From the IMG/VR virus record IMGVR_UViG_3300045988_115474: a DNA stretch of 64,000 bases; one strand, written 5' to 3'. Shown piece after piece: positions 1 through 8,147 of this stretch (positions are counted from its first letter, which is position 1; the number at the start of each line of letters is the position of its first letter). Source of the stretch: a virus. Made by a program: the position numbers and the translations under genes. Under the pieces are notes generated by a model, which saw only the letters and a list, made by a program, of their open reading frames with translations, had not been told where the DNA came from and searched no databases.

Positions 1-139
1 GAAGTCATTATCCATATTGTTGTTTTGAGAAGCATGAAAAATATTCAACTTTGCTTCTTCAACCTTTGCGAAAACACTCGTCATAAATTGAATTTTTTCT
101 GATTCAAGATAGTGAATGGCTATACATTTGCTTCCCATA
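1..139 (-). CDS. 5' part of a leftward-transcribed gene running off the left window edge (start codon at 139); the only clearly minus-strand gene, a possible divergent regulator
   Basis: Reverse complement of 1-139 reads ATG GGA AGC AAA TGT ATA GCC ... (MGSKCIAIHYLESEKIQFMTSVFAKVEEAKLNIFHASQNNNMDNDF...) with no stop to the edge. A GAAAGGAAG RBS sits 7 nt upstream of the ATG on the minus strand. Confidence 0.4.
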
Positions 140-318
140 GCAAGGACTTCCTTTCAAATTATGATGTCTTTATTCTAGCAGAACCGAATACTCACGTCAA
201 CAAACACCTTATGACCTAAAACTCATAGGGTGTTATTTTTATGCCCTAAAATGAATATTTATGCAAATGATATGCAAAATATGCAAGTCAGAAACACAAT
301 AAAAGAGGAGTTTTAACT

Positions 319-486
319 ATGTATAACATCAACAATAGCTTTACTTACAGCGATCTTTTCCCGGCAAAGGCAGCAAAGAAGGTCTTTGACGCTGGCGATT
401 TCACCAACGATGAATTCAGCTTTGCCTTCTTTAGTGGTAAGTGGTATTACCGTCAGAATGGAATTAACCGTTGGTTTGAGCTGTAA
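319..486 (+). CDS. hypothetical protein (55 aa)
   Basis: ATG 319 preceded by AAAAGAGGAG RBS; 56 codons to TAA 484-486. Preferred over the overlapping minus ORF 313-501 because all neighbours are + strand. Confidence 0.45.
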   Translation: MYNINNSFTYSDLFPAKAAKKVFDAGDFTNDEFSFAFFSGKWYYRQNGINRWFEL

Positions 487-605
487 GCGATAGAACCTCA
501 CTTTTATGCCGTGCGATTAGCGGTCACGGGGAAGATAGTATACCGCTACCAGCCCAATAGGGTGCGCAATAGCGTTGTGAATCAATCGTAAGAAAGGATG
601 ATTCC

Positions 606-743
606 ATGGCAATTTTAGCAATCGAAAGCGCATTGGATGTTGCAATCATGTTTAATGATACGGATATGATTGCAATTTATCAGGAAGCCCTGGCAGAAGC
701 CGGTGTTGAATATGTCAGCACCGCAAAATGCTGGATGGAATAA
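606..743 (+). CDS. hypothetical small protein (45 aa)
   Basis: ATG 606 after AAGAAAGGATG RBS-like stretch; codon count verified to TAA 741-743. Confidence 0.35.
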   Translation: MAILAIESALDVAIMFNDTDMIAIYQEALAEAGVEYVSTAKCWME

Positions 744-759
744 GAGAGGAGAATGTAAA

Positions 760-864
760 ATGGCTTGGTATTTCTGGATGGTTAAGTGGGTTCCGCTCAT
801 TGTGATTGTGCTTTGTGCGCTTGGTACGGCATACATGATTTACTCTATGTTTTCGGAGGTATAA
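760..864 (+). CDS. hypothetical small hydrophobic peptide (34 aa, one predicted TM segment)
   Basis: ATG 760 after AGAGAGGAGAATG; hydrophobic sequence MAWYFWMVKWVPLIVIVLCALGTAYMIY; same stop as the ORF-track 670-864 frame. Confidence 0.35.
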   Translation: MAWYFWMVKWVPLIVIVLCALGTAYMIYSMFSEV

Positions 865-891
865 CCTGATAAGAATTTTGAGTAAAGGAGA

Positions 892-1086
892 ATGAAAAGC
901 ATGAAGAAGATCGTTGTTTTCAACCACTTTGGTAGATGGAAAATGACCACTTACGAGAATTACAGCGCATACATCATGGATGAGCGCAAGTGCTGCAACC
1001 TCATTGTGGCAGATGCAAAAGAAGCTGTGGAGTGTGTAAAAATGTACTATCCTGATGCTGAAATCATCGTAAAAGATATGTTTTAA
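892..1086 (+). CDS. hypothetical protein
   Basis: ORF-track ORF with GTAAAGGAGAATG RBS; co-oriented and tightly packed. Confidence 0.5.
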   Translation: MKSMKKIVVFNHFGRWKMTTYENYSAYIMDERKCCNLIVADAKEAVECVKMYYPDAEIIVKDMF

Positions 1087-1098
1087 TGAGGATTTGAT

Positions 1099-1356
1099 AT
1101 GACCGCAAGAGAATATTGCAAGAGCCATCCTGTAACTGCTTATGATAGCAGCTACGGCAGATGTGGTGGTTTCCAGATTCATGGCGATATCGAATACGGC
1201 ATTGACGATTATCTCTATGGTATGTCTGGTGTGTTGTGTGATGATGAGAAGTATTTTCACTATCATCACCTGAAAATCATCTATGCACCGTCTGGCAGAG
1301 CATACGTCAAGTGTTTCGGTAAACGAATCTATCTTGATGAGTGCATGAGAGTGTAA
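1099..1356 (+). CDS. hypothetical protein
   Basis: ORF-track ORF; AATGAGGATTTGATATG RBS. Confidence 0.5.
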   Translation: MTAREYCKSHPVTAYDSSYGRCGGFQIHGDIEYGIDDYLYGMSGVLCDDEKYFHYHHLKIIYAPSGRAYVKCFGKRIYLDECMRV

Positions 1357-1369
1357 AGGAGAACACAAG

Positions 1370-1510
1370 ATGAAAAAAGGTCAATGGTTCATGAATGAGG
1401 AAACCGGTGTTATCACTAACATTCACCGGGAAGCTGTCGAGTGGTATCGGCAGGGAATTGATGTTTCTATCTGGATCAATGGCGTGGTTGTTTGCCGTTG
1501 GGGTCACTAA
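1370..1510 (+). CDS. hypothetical small protein (46 aa)
   Basis: ATG 1370 after AAAGGAGAACACAAG; 47 codons verified to TAA 1508-1510. Confidence 0.4.
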   Translation: MKKGQWFMNEETGVITNIHREAVEWYRQGIDVSIWINGVVVCRWGH

Positions 1511-1521
1511 GAAAGGAGAAA

Positions 1522-1851
1522 ATGAAAATGAGAGCAAGTGTTGAAGTGTATGAGGATAATGCAGGCGGCATTTATGCGGCAGTCTTTGGTCAAGAAGGAC
1601 TGAAAAATGTTCTTTCTGGTTTTGAATATGGTGGGCTATCTACATCAGCATTTTATGATGCTGCTATGTATGACTTTTACGATGCTGACGAGTACAACCC
1701 CTCAGAGCATAACGGAACAACTCTTGACGAAGAATATGCTTCGCTTGAGAGTTGTAACATGATTGCAGAATTTTACAGCGATCGTATTGTGAATCTGTAT
1801 CCGGCAGACATGGGTTTTGCCGGAATGAAGCTGTTTGGTTTGAAAGATTGA
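1522..1851 (+). CDS. hypothetical protein
   Basis: In frame with ORF-track 1492-1851; start refined to ATG 1522 (MKMRAS...) directly after GAAAGGAGAAA. Confidence 0.5.
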   Translation: MKMRASVEVYEDNAGGIYAAVFGQEGLKNVLSGFEYGGLSTSAFYDAAMYDFYDADEYNPSEHNGTTLDEEYASLESCNMIAEFYSDRIVNLYPADMGFAGMKLFGLKD

Positions 1852-1867
1852 AAAGGAGATACATAAA

Positions 1868-2227
1868 ATGAAACTTACTCAGAACAAGCTGTCCGTCATC
1901 CTGGCCACCGTTGTGGCTGGTGTTTCCATTCTGGCAAACTGTACGACTGCTAATGCAGCAGAACCTGTAAAAACTCGCTTAGAGAACCGTTATATCCTCG
2001 CTGGTCGTGTGGATGAAATCGAAGTATTTCGCAACGGAATCAAGACGATCCATGTTGTTGATGAGAACGGCGAGGAATGGTTGTATTCTTACGCAAGTAT
2101 GGAAGAAACCCCGACCGATAATCAGAATGTCACAATGATTATGAACAACAACGGAACAGACACCATCTATGATGACACCATTGAAGATGTTCTGTGGGTA
2201 CGGCCTGATGAAGTGGATGTTGATTGA
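1868..2227 (+). CDS. predicted secreted protein (N-terminal signal peptide)
   Basis: MKLTQNKLSVILATVVAGVSILANCTTANA has an n-h-c signal architecture with an AxA cleavage motif; AAAGGAGATACATAAAATG RBS. Confidence 0.5.
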   Translation: MKLTQNKLSVILATVVAGVSILANCTTANAAEPVKTRLENRYILAGRVDEIEVFRNGIKTIHVVDENGEEWLYSYASMEETPTDNQNVTMIMNNNGTDTIYDDTIEDVLWVRPDEVDVD

Positions 2228-2304
2228 CATTCACAAAACAGTCACAAATAAACAACGCATCAACGTATTAAAATGTAACGTTAATAAAATCTACATTTTA
2301 GTGC

Positions 2305-2333
2305 TTGACAAAATTACAAGTATCCTGTATTAT
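2305..2333 (+). promoter_or_regulatory. sigma-70/SigA-type promoter (TTGACA-17-TATTAT) containing the conserved GTATCCTGTAT element
   Basis: TTGACA 2305-2310, 17-nt spacer, TATTAT 2328-2333; lies in the 190-bp gap upstream of the 2422 gene. Confidence 0.65.
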
Positions 2334-2377
2334 GTAGCTAAGAAGGACGGTCCGTTAGAGGACTTTTATTTTTACCA

Positions 2378-2400
2378 TTAAGCTATATAACACAGGATAC
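2378..2400 (+). promoter_or_regulatory. conserved phage element, B orientation (TAGCTATATAACACAGGATAC), just upstream of an RBS
   Basis: Reverse complement of the element inside the 2305-2333 promoter; the same 21-mer recurs at about 10 intergenic sites. Confidence 0.5.
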
Positions 2401-2421
2401 ACAAGAAAAGGAGAATCAAAC

Positions 2422-2751
2422 ATGAAACGCACAAAATCTATGGTTTATCGTGAGACTTACGAAAGTGAAGATCTCTATATCACTACCATCAATGACGGCG
2501 ATTTGTATCGTCAGATGATTTTCCCATTTATTGACAAGCTGAAAAAGAAGTACAAGGCGGGGAAGTACGACAAAGAAAAAGCAATTGATTATTATTTCCA
2601 GATTGCAACGGAAGAAGCAAAGAGGTATCACAAGAAGTTTGGCAGTGCCGGAATTGAATTCAATCGTGTGTTTGATGTTCAGTGTCGTTTCACTGTAGCT
2701 GCGGACATGGAATTATATTACTTTGAAAATGATGTTTCTCGTGAGGAGTGA
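2422..2751 (+). CDS. hypothetical protein
   Basis: ORF-track ORF; AAAAGGAGAATCAAACATG RBS. Confidence 0.55.
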   Translation: MKRTKSMVYRETYESEDLYITTINDGDLYRQMIFPFIDKLKKKYKAGKYDKEKAIDYYFQIATEEAKRYHKKFGSAGIEFNRVFDVQCRFTVAADMELYYFENDVSREE

Positions 2752-2756
2752 TTTGT

Positions 2757-3008
2757 ATGAGTAAGAGTTTGATGCAGCGTTTGATTGATGCTGGTTATCC
2801 AAAAGAGGATATGGATCACCATAATAGTGATTTGTATGTTTACGTTACACCTTTGACCACAAAAATTATTTCTGAATGGTGTAATGAAAACAAATACACA
2901 ATGGATTGGCACTGCCCTAAATTCGTGGATCAGGTTACAGGAAGCGTGATGTATGACTGCGCTTTTCAATACGAGCCATACTGGTGTGAGATAGCAGGAA
3001 GAGTTTAA
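2757..3008 (+). CDS. hypothetical protein
   Basis: In frame with ORF-track 2748-3008; start refined to ATG 2757 after GTGAGGAGTG. Confidence 0.5.
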   Translation: MSKSLMQRLIDAGYPKEDMDHHNSDLYVYVTPLTTKIISEWCNENKYTMDWHCPKFVDQVTGSVMYDCAFQYEPYWCEIAGRV

Positions 3009-3034
3009 GACACGCCGATACATCAAAATTTTTG

Positions 3035-3060
3035 CTACATAACTACATAATATAGGATAC
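3035..3060 (+). promoter_or_regulatory. degenerate copy of the conserved element (CTACATAACTACATAATATAGGATAC) upstream of the 3077 gene
   Basis: Shares CTACATAAT..AGGATAC with the B-orientation copies; followed by AAAAGGAGAGAGTGATATG. Confidence 0.35.
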
Positions 3061-3076
3061 AAAAGGAGAGAGTGAT

Positions 3077-3811
3077 ATGAAAAAGGTCGTTAGTCCGTGT
3101 TTCTGCAAGGTCTACACCAGAAGCGGCAATGAAGCGACTGCGCGGGCATTCTGCGAAATCTGCTTTGAGGAGGGCAAACTCAGTATCCATGGCGTGATCG
3201 GCCCTCTGCGCAGCGGTAACTGCCGTGGCGGTGCTGGTCAGTGTGTTGATGCAATCCGTGAAGGCCGCCCCTGCGATGAATGGACTCAGGAAATGCTCGA
3301 CAAGTTCTGCTCCATCTGGGACGAGTGGCATTTGAACGATATGCGTCCGTACTGCAAGCACCAAAAGGAGCTTGGCTGGGATAAGCTGGCCGTCACTCCT
3401 GTCACTCTGTACCACTATCGGCTGAACAGCAAAACCCTCCGGCGGAAGAAATCCATTAAGAAAAGCTCGTGGAAGATGCTCTGCGATGGCATGACCGCAA
3501 CTCTTAGCGATGACCAGATCGAAGTTGCCAAACTGCCGTACAGTATCACGCTTCCGCATGAAATCTCCGGCGATGCGGCTCTGTACTATGAGCCGCAGAA
3601 ATCGCTCTATCCCGGAATGACCGGCGCGACCGAAACGAAGACCCTCGGCTGGCTATACCCCGATGAGCACCCCGATGGCATCCTCGGTAAGCCTTGCCCG
3701 GTCTGCGGCTACCAGTATGGCCACGCATGGCAGACCGAAGAAGTTCCGCAGGAAGTGATCGACTGGCTGTTTGCACTGCCTGACACACCTGTCAAGCCTG
3801 CGTGGGTGTGA
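3077..3811 (+). CDS. hypothetical Cys-rich protein with GC content clearly above its neighbours
   Basis: ORF-track ORF; strong RBS; N-terminus CFCKVYTRSGNEATARAFCEICFEEGK...CRGGAGQCVDAIREGRPCDEW; by-eye GC about 55% versus about 40% locally. Confidence 0.6.
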   Translation: MKKVVSPCFCKVYTRSGNEATARAFCEICFEEGKLSIHGVIGPLRSGNCRGGAGQCVDAIREGRPCDEWTQEMLDKFCSIWDEWHLNDMRPYCKHQKELGWDKLAVTPVTLYHYRLNSKTLRRKKSIKKSSWKMLCDGMTATLSDDQIEVAKLPYSITLPHEISGDAALYYEPQKSLYPGMTGATETKTLGWLYPDEHPDGILGKPCPVCGYQYGHAWQTEEVPQEVIDWLFALPDTPVKPAWV

Positions 3812-3845
3812 TTATAAGTTGTTGTTGTTGTAATGAGGTGAAAAG

Positions 3846-4085
3846 ATGATTATTGATTCAATTCTTGATCGCCGGAATGGCTATCCTTACAACGCTCACG
3901 AATTTTACAACGATATCAGAGATTATGAGCGTCTAGGTGTTGGTACGCACGGCGAAGATATTTCTATCGCGATGGACTACGGTGATAACCGTGATGTGCA
4001 GCGTGCGCTGTGTCAGTACATCCAGCGCAATGGATACCCGGCAGATATTGAGGACTACATAAGAAGTCAAGTCTGGGTGGTATAA
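3846..4085 (+). CDS. hypothetical protein
   Basis: ORF-track ORF; GAGGTGAAAAGATG RBS. Confidence 0.5.
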   Translation: MIIDSILDRRNGYPYNAHEFYNDIRDYERLGVGTHGEDISIAMDYGDNRDVQRALCQYIQRNGYPADIEDYIRSQVWVV

Positions 4086-4175
4086 GCAGCAGATGCTAGG
4101 TGATTAGCGGTACTAGGGCAGACATAACCGCTACCAGAATGCGAAAGCATAAAAATATAAAAAGGAGCGATTGAT

Positions 4176-4391
4176 ATGGAAACAATGTACGACCGCATCA
4201 AGCGAATGGATAAGCATGAGCTTGCTGAGTTTATCTATGTTGTTTATCAAGTTGGTGTTAAAGATGGTAAACAGAATCTTTGTGATTCTCCTATGGGATT
4301 TTTTGGTTGCTGTTACTTCCTTAATGATAACGTAAAAGTATGGATGCCGAATGATAAGCCTAAAGATTTTTGTGATGCTTGGAATATCTAA
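4176..4391 (+). CDS. hypothetical protein
   Basis: ORF-track ORF; AAAAGGAGCGATTGATATG RBS. Confidence 0.5.
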   Translation: METMYDRIKRMDKHELAEFIYVVYQVGVKDGKQNLCDSPMGFFGCCYFLNDNVKVWMPNDKPKDFCDAWNI

Positions 4392-4403
4392 ATATTAAAA
4401 GGA

Positions 4404-4703
4404 GTGTTTGACATGAAGAAGTTTAATTCGATCTTAAATAAAGGGTTCAATATGACTTTTGCAAATGGTATTACTGCAAGCGTCCAGTGGGGAGCTGGGA
4501 ATTATTGCGATAATCATTTTAGCAAAGACTTCTCTTTCTCAAAAGAAGCAAGTTCTAATACAGCAGAAGTGGCCGCATGGAATGAAAGCGGCGAATGGGT
4601 TACAAATAAGCTCTACGACACCTGGGATGATGTTGCTGGGTATCTTTCACCAAATGAAGTGTTACAGTTTTTGAATAACTGTGCGAATTACAAAACGGCT
4701 TAA
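4404..4703 (+). CDS. hypothetical protein
   Basis: ORF-track ORF; AAAAGGAGTGTTTGACATG RBS. Confidence 0.5.
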   Translation: MFDMKKFNSILNKGFNMTFANGITASVQWGAGNYCDNHFSKDFSFSKEASSNTAEVAAWNESGEWVTNKLYDTWDDVAGYLSPNEVLQFLNNCANYKTA

Positions 4704-4730
4704 AATCATGCTTTTATAGGAGATGAAAAT

Positions 4731-5033
4731 ATGAAAACTGTATACGTTATTGCCGTAAAGAATTTATTCTACTACAAAGGAAACACTCTTAATCGTTGGG
4801 AGTATGTTCAATTTGATGAGTATGGGTACACATTTTTTACTGAATCCGTTGATGGTGCGCGGCACTTTTATTCTGTTGATGAGGCTCAAAAATGGTTTGA
4901 TAAAATCGGCCATGAACTTATCTTTTACGGAAAATGTAAAGGTAAGTATGATTTAGAGTCTCTTTGTATTAAGAGCGTTGTTTTCCGAGACCCTATTGTA
5001 AATTTTGTAAGAGATTTGGATTTCAAAAACTGA
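4731..5033 (+). CDS. hypothetical protein
   Basis: ORF-track ORF; TAGGAGATGAAAATATG RBS. Confidence 0.5.
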   Translation: MKTVYVIAVKNLFYYKGNTLNRWEYVQFDEYGYTFFTESVDGARHFYSVDEAQKWFDKIGHELIFYGKCKGKYDLESLCIKSVVFRDPIVNFVRDLDFKN

Positions 5034-5069
5034 TAAAACAGATATTTTACAATGATTGAGGTGACAAAT

Positions 5070-5303
5070 ATGACTGAAAAAGATAAGCGTGTTTTGAAGT
5101 GCGCGATTGATAATTTGATTGCAAGAGAAAACAACTTGTGCGAAGGATTTTGCAAAAACAATCCCGCACATAGGGCAGAACGTGAGCGTGATAGGGATTT
5201 TATTATCATTGGTATTCGTAATGTTTTGTGTGAAGTTGAACGTCTTGAAGAACAAGAGAAAGAGATGCTGGAGAAAGCCAAACATGAAGTGGTTCAGTTT
5301 TGA
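5070..5303 (+). CDS. hypothetical protein
   Basis: In frame with ORF-track 5052-5303; start refined to ATG 5070 after the conserved GATTGAGGTGACAAAT initiation cassette. Confidence 0.5.
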   Translation: MTEKDKRVLKCAIDNLIARENNLCEGFCKNNPAHRAERERDRDFIIIGIRNVLCEVERLEEQEKEMLEKAKHEVVQF

Positions 5304-5317
5304 TTGAGGTGATAAAA

Positions 5318-5626
5318 ATGTATACTAGCGAAACTGTAAAACAGGTTAACGATTGGATGATTAACAGTATTTCCGATTGGATGGTCAAAAGTGGAACAAG
5401 AAGCACCACAGAAGGTAATTGGATTATTCATGTTTATGAAATCACTAGAAAATTCAATGTAACAAAAAACTGGATCACAGCATACCGTGATGAAATTATT
5501 GATGCTCTTTATAAGCACAATGCAGTTGCAGATGTGACTTATGGGTGGTCCCCTGATGGTGATGTGGAATGTTTCGATATTGATTTTTATTTGAGTTTTT
5601 GTCAGAACCTGAGCGATGAAGATTGA
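5318..5626 (+). CDS. hypothetical protein
   Basis: In frame with ORF-track 5300-5626; ATG 5318 after GATTGAGGTGATAAAA. Confidence 0.5.
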   Translation: MYTSETVKQVNDWMINSISDWMVKSGTRSTTEGNWIIHVYEITRKFNVTKNWITAYRDEIIDALYKHNAVADVTYGWSPDGDVECFDIDFYLSFCQNLSDED

Positions 5627-5682
5627 GGTGATAAAAATGGAATCTATGGTTACTTATAGCGTTTGTGGATGGTTAGATAAAC

Positions 5683-5913
5683 ATGGTTGGCCCACGTTTA
5701 GGAAAACTGGATACAAAACAAAAAAACGGCGCATTTCGTATGATGAAGCGGTTGATTGAAGATGGTTTCTATGAACGGGTGATTCTCAGAGAGAGGATTA
5801 TTTCGGATGAGCACCCTGATGTTTATATAAGTGGCGTGATTTATTCTTGGGATGATAAAAAAGGTTGGATTGTCTATGACGGAAAGGACGTGACAGAACA
5901 TGACCAACACTGA
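5683..5913 (+). CDS. hypothetical protein; may be the downstream half of a frameshifted gene initiating at ATG 5637
   Basis: The ORF-track ORF lacks its own strong RBS, whereas ATG 5637 has a perfect GATTGAGGTGATAAAA cassette in another frame. The two frames meet at an A7 run (5720-5726). Confidence 0.4.
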   Translation: MVGPRLGKLDTKQKNGAFRMMKRLIEDGFYERVILRERIISDEHPDVYISGVIYSWDDKKGWIVYDGKDVTEHDQH

Positions 5914-6085
5914 AAAGAATATCGTTCTCGCAGCTCTTTCTTTCTATCGGCGTAAGCTGATGGATCAGAGTGTTTCGTTCCTTAGAGCTGGTAATCACGA
6001 GGATGCAAAGCAGTCAACGATGGAAGCGGCCAACGTGAATGCGTTGGTGATTAAGTTTACAAGAGAAAAGGAGTTTGCAATATGA
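5900..6085 (+). CDS. hypothetical protein
   Basis: ORF-track ORF; its ATGA overlaps the upstream stop (translational coupling). Confidence 0.45.
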   Translation: MTNTEKNIVLAALSFYRRKLMDQSVSFLRAGNHEDAKQSTMEAANVNALVIKFTREKEFAI

Positions 6086-6315
6086 CCGATCCTTGCCGTT
6101 ACTGTGTGGCACCGGAGCGTTATCCTGGTTGTCATGACCATTGTGAAAAGCTGAAGGCTCATCGTGAAAGTGACGAGTATAAGAAGCTGTGTGAATACAA
6201 AGAAAAGTATTTCAGAAACAATATGCCGAAAAATACGGTAGCAATCTATTATGATATGCGTCGTAAGAAGCATAAAGGTTTACATATGATGGGCTATAAA
6301 GGAATGGGTGTTTAA
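6082..6315 (+). CDS. hypothetical Cys/His-rich small protein
   Basis: ORF-track ORF; AAAAGGAGTTTGCAATATG RBS; CRYCVAPERYPGCHDHCEK motif. Confidence 0.5.
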   Translation: MTDPCRYCVAPERYPGCHDHCEKLKAHRESDEYKKLCEYKEKYFRNNMPKNTVAIYYDMRRKKHKGLHMMGYKGMGV

Positions 6316-6586
6316 TGTGAAATATTGTATTTCTTGTGCAAATACTGGATGCCATTTTAATGGCGATAGAGGAATGGATATAAATCGTTGTCCTCAGTAC
6401 ATTGAAAACGACAAAGAATATAAGTGGGACGCTGGTTTATGCGCTGAAGATACGTGTGAAAGCACTGTCTTGCTTACTATGGCAGAAAAACGTGCTGTCG
6501 ATAAATTCATTTCCCAACTGCATCAGGAGGGATATTGCGGTTTCGTTTGGATTGATGACAAACCGATTGAATTTTATGGAGTGTGA
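6308..6586 (+). CDS. hypothetical Cys-rich protein
   Basis: ORF-track ORF overlapping the upstream stop; contains CISCANTGCHFNGD. Confidence 0.45.
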   Translation: MFNVKYCISCANTGCHFNGDRGMDINRCPQYIENDKEYKWDAGLCAEDTCESTVLLTMAEKRAVDKFISQLHQEGYCGFVWIDDKPIEFYGV

Positions 6587-6590
6587 TAAA

Positions 6591-6812
6591 ATGTGGGATT
6601 TAGTTGAAAATGAATATTCTAAAAAATATAGAATTGGGTGCGCAACCTTTTTTCGTGACAAACAATTAAAAACAGCAATGGTTATGTATAAATATAATGG
6701 CCGTAGCATTATGTTTTGCTATTCCGAGTACGATAATAAGATTCTATCTGACGGTGATAAAGACGAAATTGAGATGACAATCAAAAAGAAACTCAACTTT
6801 TGGAAGGATTAA
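6591..6812 (+). CDS. hypothetical protein, MWDL-family paralog 1
   Basis: In frame with ORF-track 6402-6812; ATG 6591 after GGAGTGTGATAAA; starts MWDLVENEYSKKYRIG. Confidence 0.5.
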   Translation: MWDLVENEYSKKYRIGCATFFRDKQLKTAMVMYKYNGRSIMFCYSEYDNKILSDGDKDEIEMTIKKKLNFWKD

Positions 6813-6814
6813 CT

Positions 6815-7051
6815 ATGTGGGATTTAATGGGTAACAATTATTCAGAAGTATACGGTATTGGATATGCTTTACTGAATGGAATTTCAGCTGGGTTTTATGT
6901 GAGTGTCATGTACAAGGATCTTGGAGATGAAATTTACTTCTATTATCTTGACAATGCTCCTTACGGAAAACTTGATGATAGTACCAAAAATAAAATTGAG
7001 GATATTATCCGTGATGACCTTAACAAGCGTCATATCTTTGGGGAGGACTGA
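6815..7051 (+). CDS. hypothetical protein, MWDL-family paralog 2
   Basis: In frame with ORF-track 6800-7051; ATG 6815 after TGGAAGGATTAACT; starts MWDLMGNNYSEVYGIG. Confidence 0.5.
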   Translation: MWDLMGNNYSEVYGIGYALLNGISAGFYVSVMYKDLGDEIYFYYLDNAPYGKLDDSTKNKIEDIIRDDLNKRHIFGED

Positions 7052-7053
7052 TT

Positions 7054-7302
7054 ATGTGGGATTTAAGAGAAGTTCATGCACTGCACGATGGTGATGGCTG
7101 GGTTTGGAATGAATCTTTCCATCACAAGAATGTGTTCGTAGAAGAGAATGAAGATCCAAAAGAAATCTTTTGGCAGGAATGTCAGCTGTTCTTCCTTCAG
7201 GATTATTTGAACAAGTGTGAGATTGTGGATGACAGTAATATTCTGGAACTTCAGCTGAAAGATTCCGGTGAATCAGTTCTCGCTATGATGATTGCAGAGT
7301 AA
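7054..7302 (+). CDS. hypothetical protein, MWDL-family paralog 3
   Basis: ORF-track ORF; GGGGAGGACTGATTATG; starts MWDLREVH. Confidence 0.5.
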   Translation: MWDLREVHALHDGDGWVWNESFHHKNVFVEENEDPKEIFWQECQLFFLQDYLNKCEIVDDSNILELQLKDSGESVLAMMIAE

Positions 7303-7320
7303 GAGTAAAGGAGAATGAAT

Positions 7321-7581
7321 ATGTTGCTTTTTAATGACGTTCTGGACGACTGTGCAGTAATTGTTAAGGATGATAATGGCAACAGTAGAGTTATTTCTGG
7401 CAGTGTTGATTCCATGCTTTATGACTGGTGGCACGAATGTAATTATGTGGCAAGTAATGACTCTTTGGTTGTTTATGCAGCTTGTTTTGGAGTGGAAGTG
7501 AAATGCAAAACATTCGGAGAGTATATGGAAATGATTGATAGAATTGCTGGAAGTTGCGACGGAATGGAAAGAGGAGAATGA
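7321..7581 (+). CDS. hypothetical protein; paralog of the 10647-10892 gene
   Basis: In frame with ORF-track 7315-7581; ATG 7321 after AAAGGAGAATGAAT. The C-terminus VKCKTFGEYMEMIDRIAGSCDG matches KMKCKTFKELMDMLEKIVADCC of the 10647 gene. Confidence 0.5.
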   Translation: MLLFNDVLDDCAVIVKDDNGNSRVISGSVDSMLYDWWHECNYVASNDSLVVYAACFGVEVKCKTFGEYMEMIDRIAGSCDGMERGE

Positions 7582-7584
7582 ATC

Positions 7585-7857
7585 ATGACACGGTTTTATC
7601 TTAATGCGGGTGCTCTTGGCCGTTGGATGCACCAGAATAAAGCACAATATACTGGTGCTTATGTTGAAGGTGTTTTGGTCGATAGCTTTGTTGTTGAAAC
7701 AAAGCGTGGTGTTGCAGCCATTTACGAACACGCTCTGAATGAGTGGACAAGCAACTATTATGTTGAGTTTACCGATTATAAGAAAGGCTTTAAGAATGGC
7801 GAGGTCGATAAGATTTGGTCTGATTGGTACGCTTTCGAAGAAAAGGAAAGTGCATAA
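7585..7857 (+). CDS. hypothetical protein
   Basis: ORF-track ORF; AGAGGAGAATGAATCATG RBS. Confidence 0.5.
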   Translation: MTRFYLNAGALGRWMHQNKAQYTGAYVEGVLVDSFVVETKRGVAAIYEHALNEWTSNYYVEFTDYKKGFKNGEVDKIWSDWYAFEEKESA

Positions 7858-7870
7858 GAGGTGAGTAAAT

Positions 7871-8128
7871 ATGGATAAAGATAAAAAGATTTTTGAAATT
7901 GATACGGCAATCGGAAAGCTAGTTATTCGTGAAAATTGGGACCCTGACTATCCTGGTGTGAGCGTTTATTTTAAGCGACCAGATGGGGCAGAGATTAACA
8001 TATCTGATACGGAAGTTGATAACGAAACAGGCGATGTAAATGTTTTTGTATGGGATGACCCTAACAACGAGGATTATTCAGAAATGACAACGATTAGCAG
8101 AGAAGAACTTCTTAATGAAGAAGATTGA
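7871..8128 (+). CDS. hypothetical acidic protein; paralog of the 11603-11848 gene
   Basis: ORF-track ORF. FEIDTAIGKLVIRENWDPDYPGVSVYFKRPDGAEINIS aligns with FEIDTPIGKIVAEGFAEPYPEIVIYLKRNDGETINLS of the 11603 gene. Confidence 0.5.
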   Translation: MDKDKKIFEIDTAIGKLVIRENWDPDYPGVSVYFKRPDGAEINISDTEVDNETGDVNVFVWDDPNNEDYSEMTTISREELLNEED

Positions 8129-8147
8129 TAAAAGGGAGATTTTAGAT

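Noticed and set aside
715-1368. Long minus-strand ORFs in the six-frame track (e.g. 715-1368, 9693-10295, 11276-11851, 23855-24463, 29660-30259, 30864-31721, 36908-37453, 44933-45493, 51547-52839, 53875-54627, 59462-60175).
   Set aside because: Each lies antisense to a well-supported + strand gene with an RBS and recognisable motifs, and none has an upstream SD. They are shadow ORFs typical of moderate-GC coding DNA, not real genes.
2378-2400. B-orientation copies of the conserved element as leftward (minus-strand) promoters.
   Set aside because: On the minus strand they would supply an extended -10, but no -35-like hexamer lies at the right distance on that side and no minus-strand genes exist there. 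They are more likely operators or TSS-proximal elements for + strand transcription.
8115-8147. ORF-track start ATG 8115 for the 300-aa acidic protein.
   Set aside because: It has no SD and overlaps the upstream gene by 14 nt, whereas the in-frame ATG 8148 sits 10 nt after GGGAG. The downstream start was preferred, though translational coupling from 8115 cannot be excluded.
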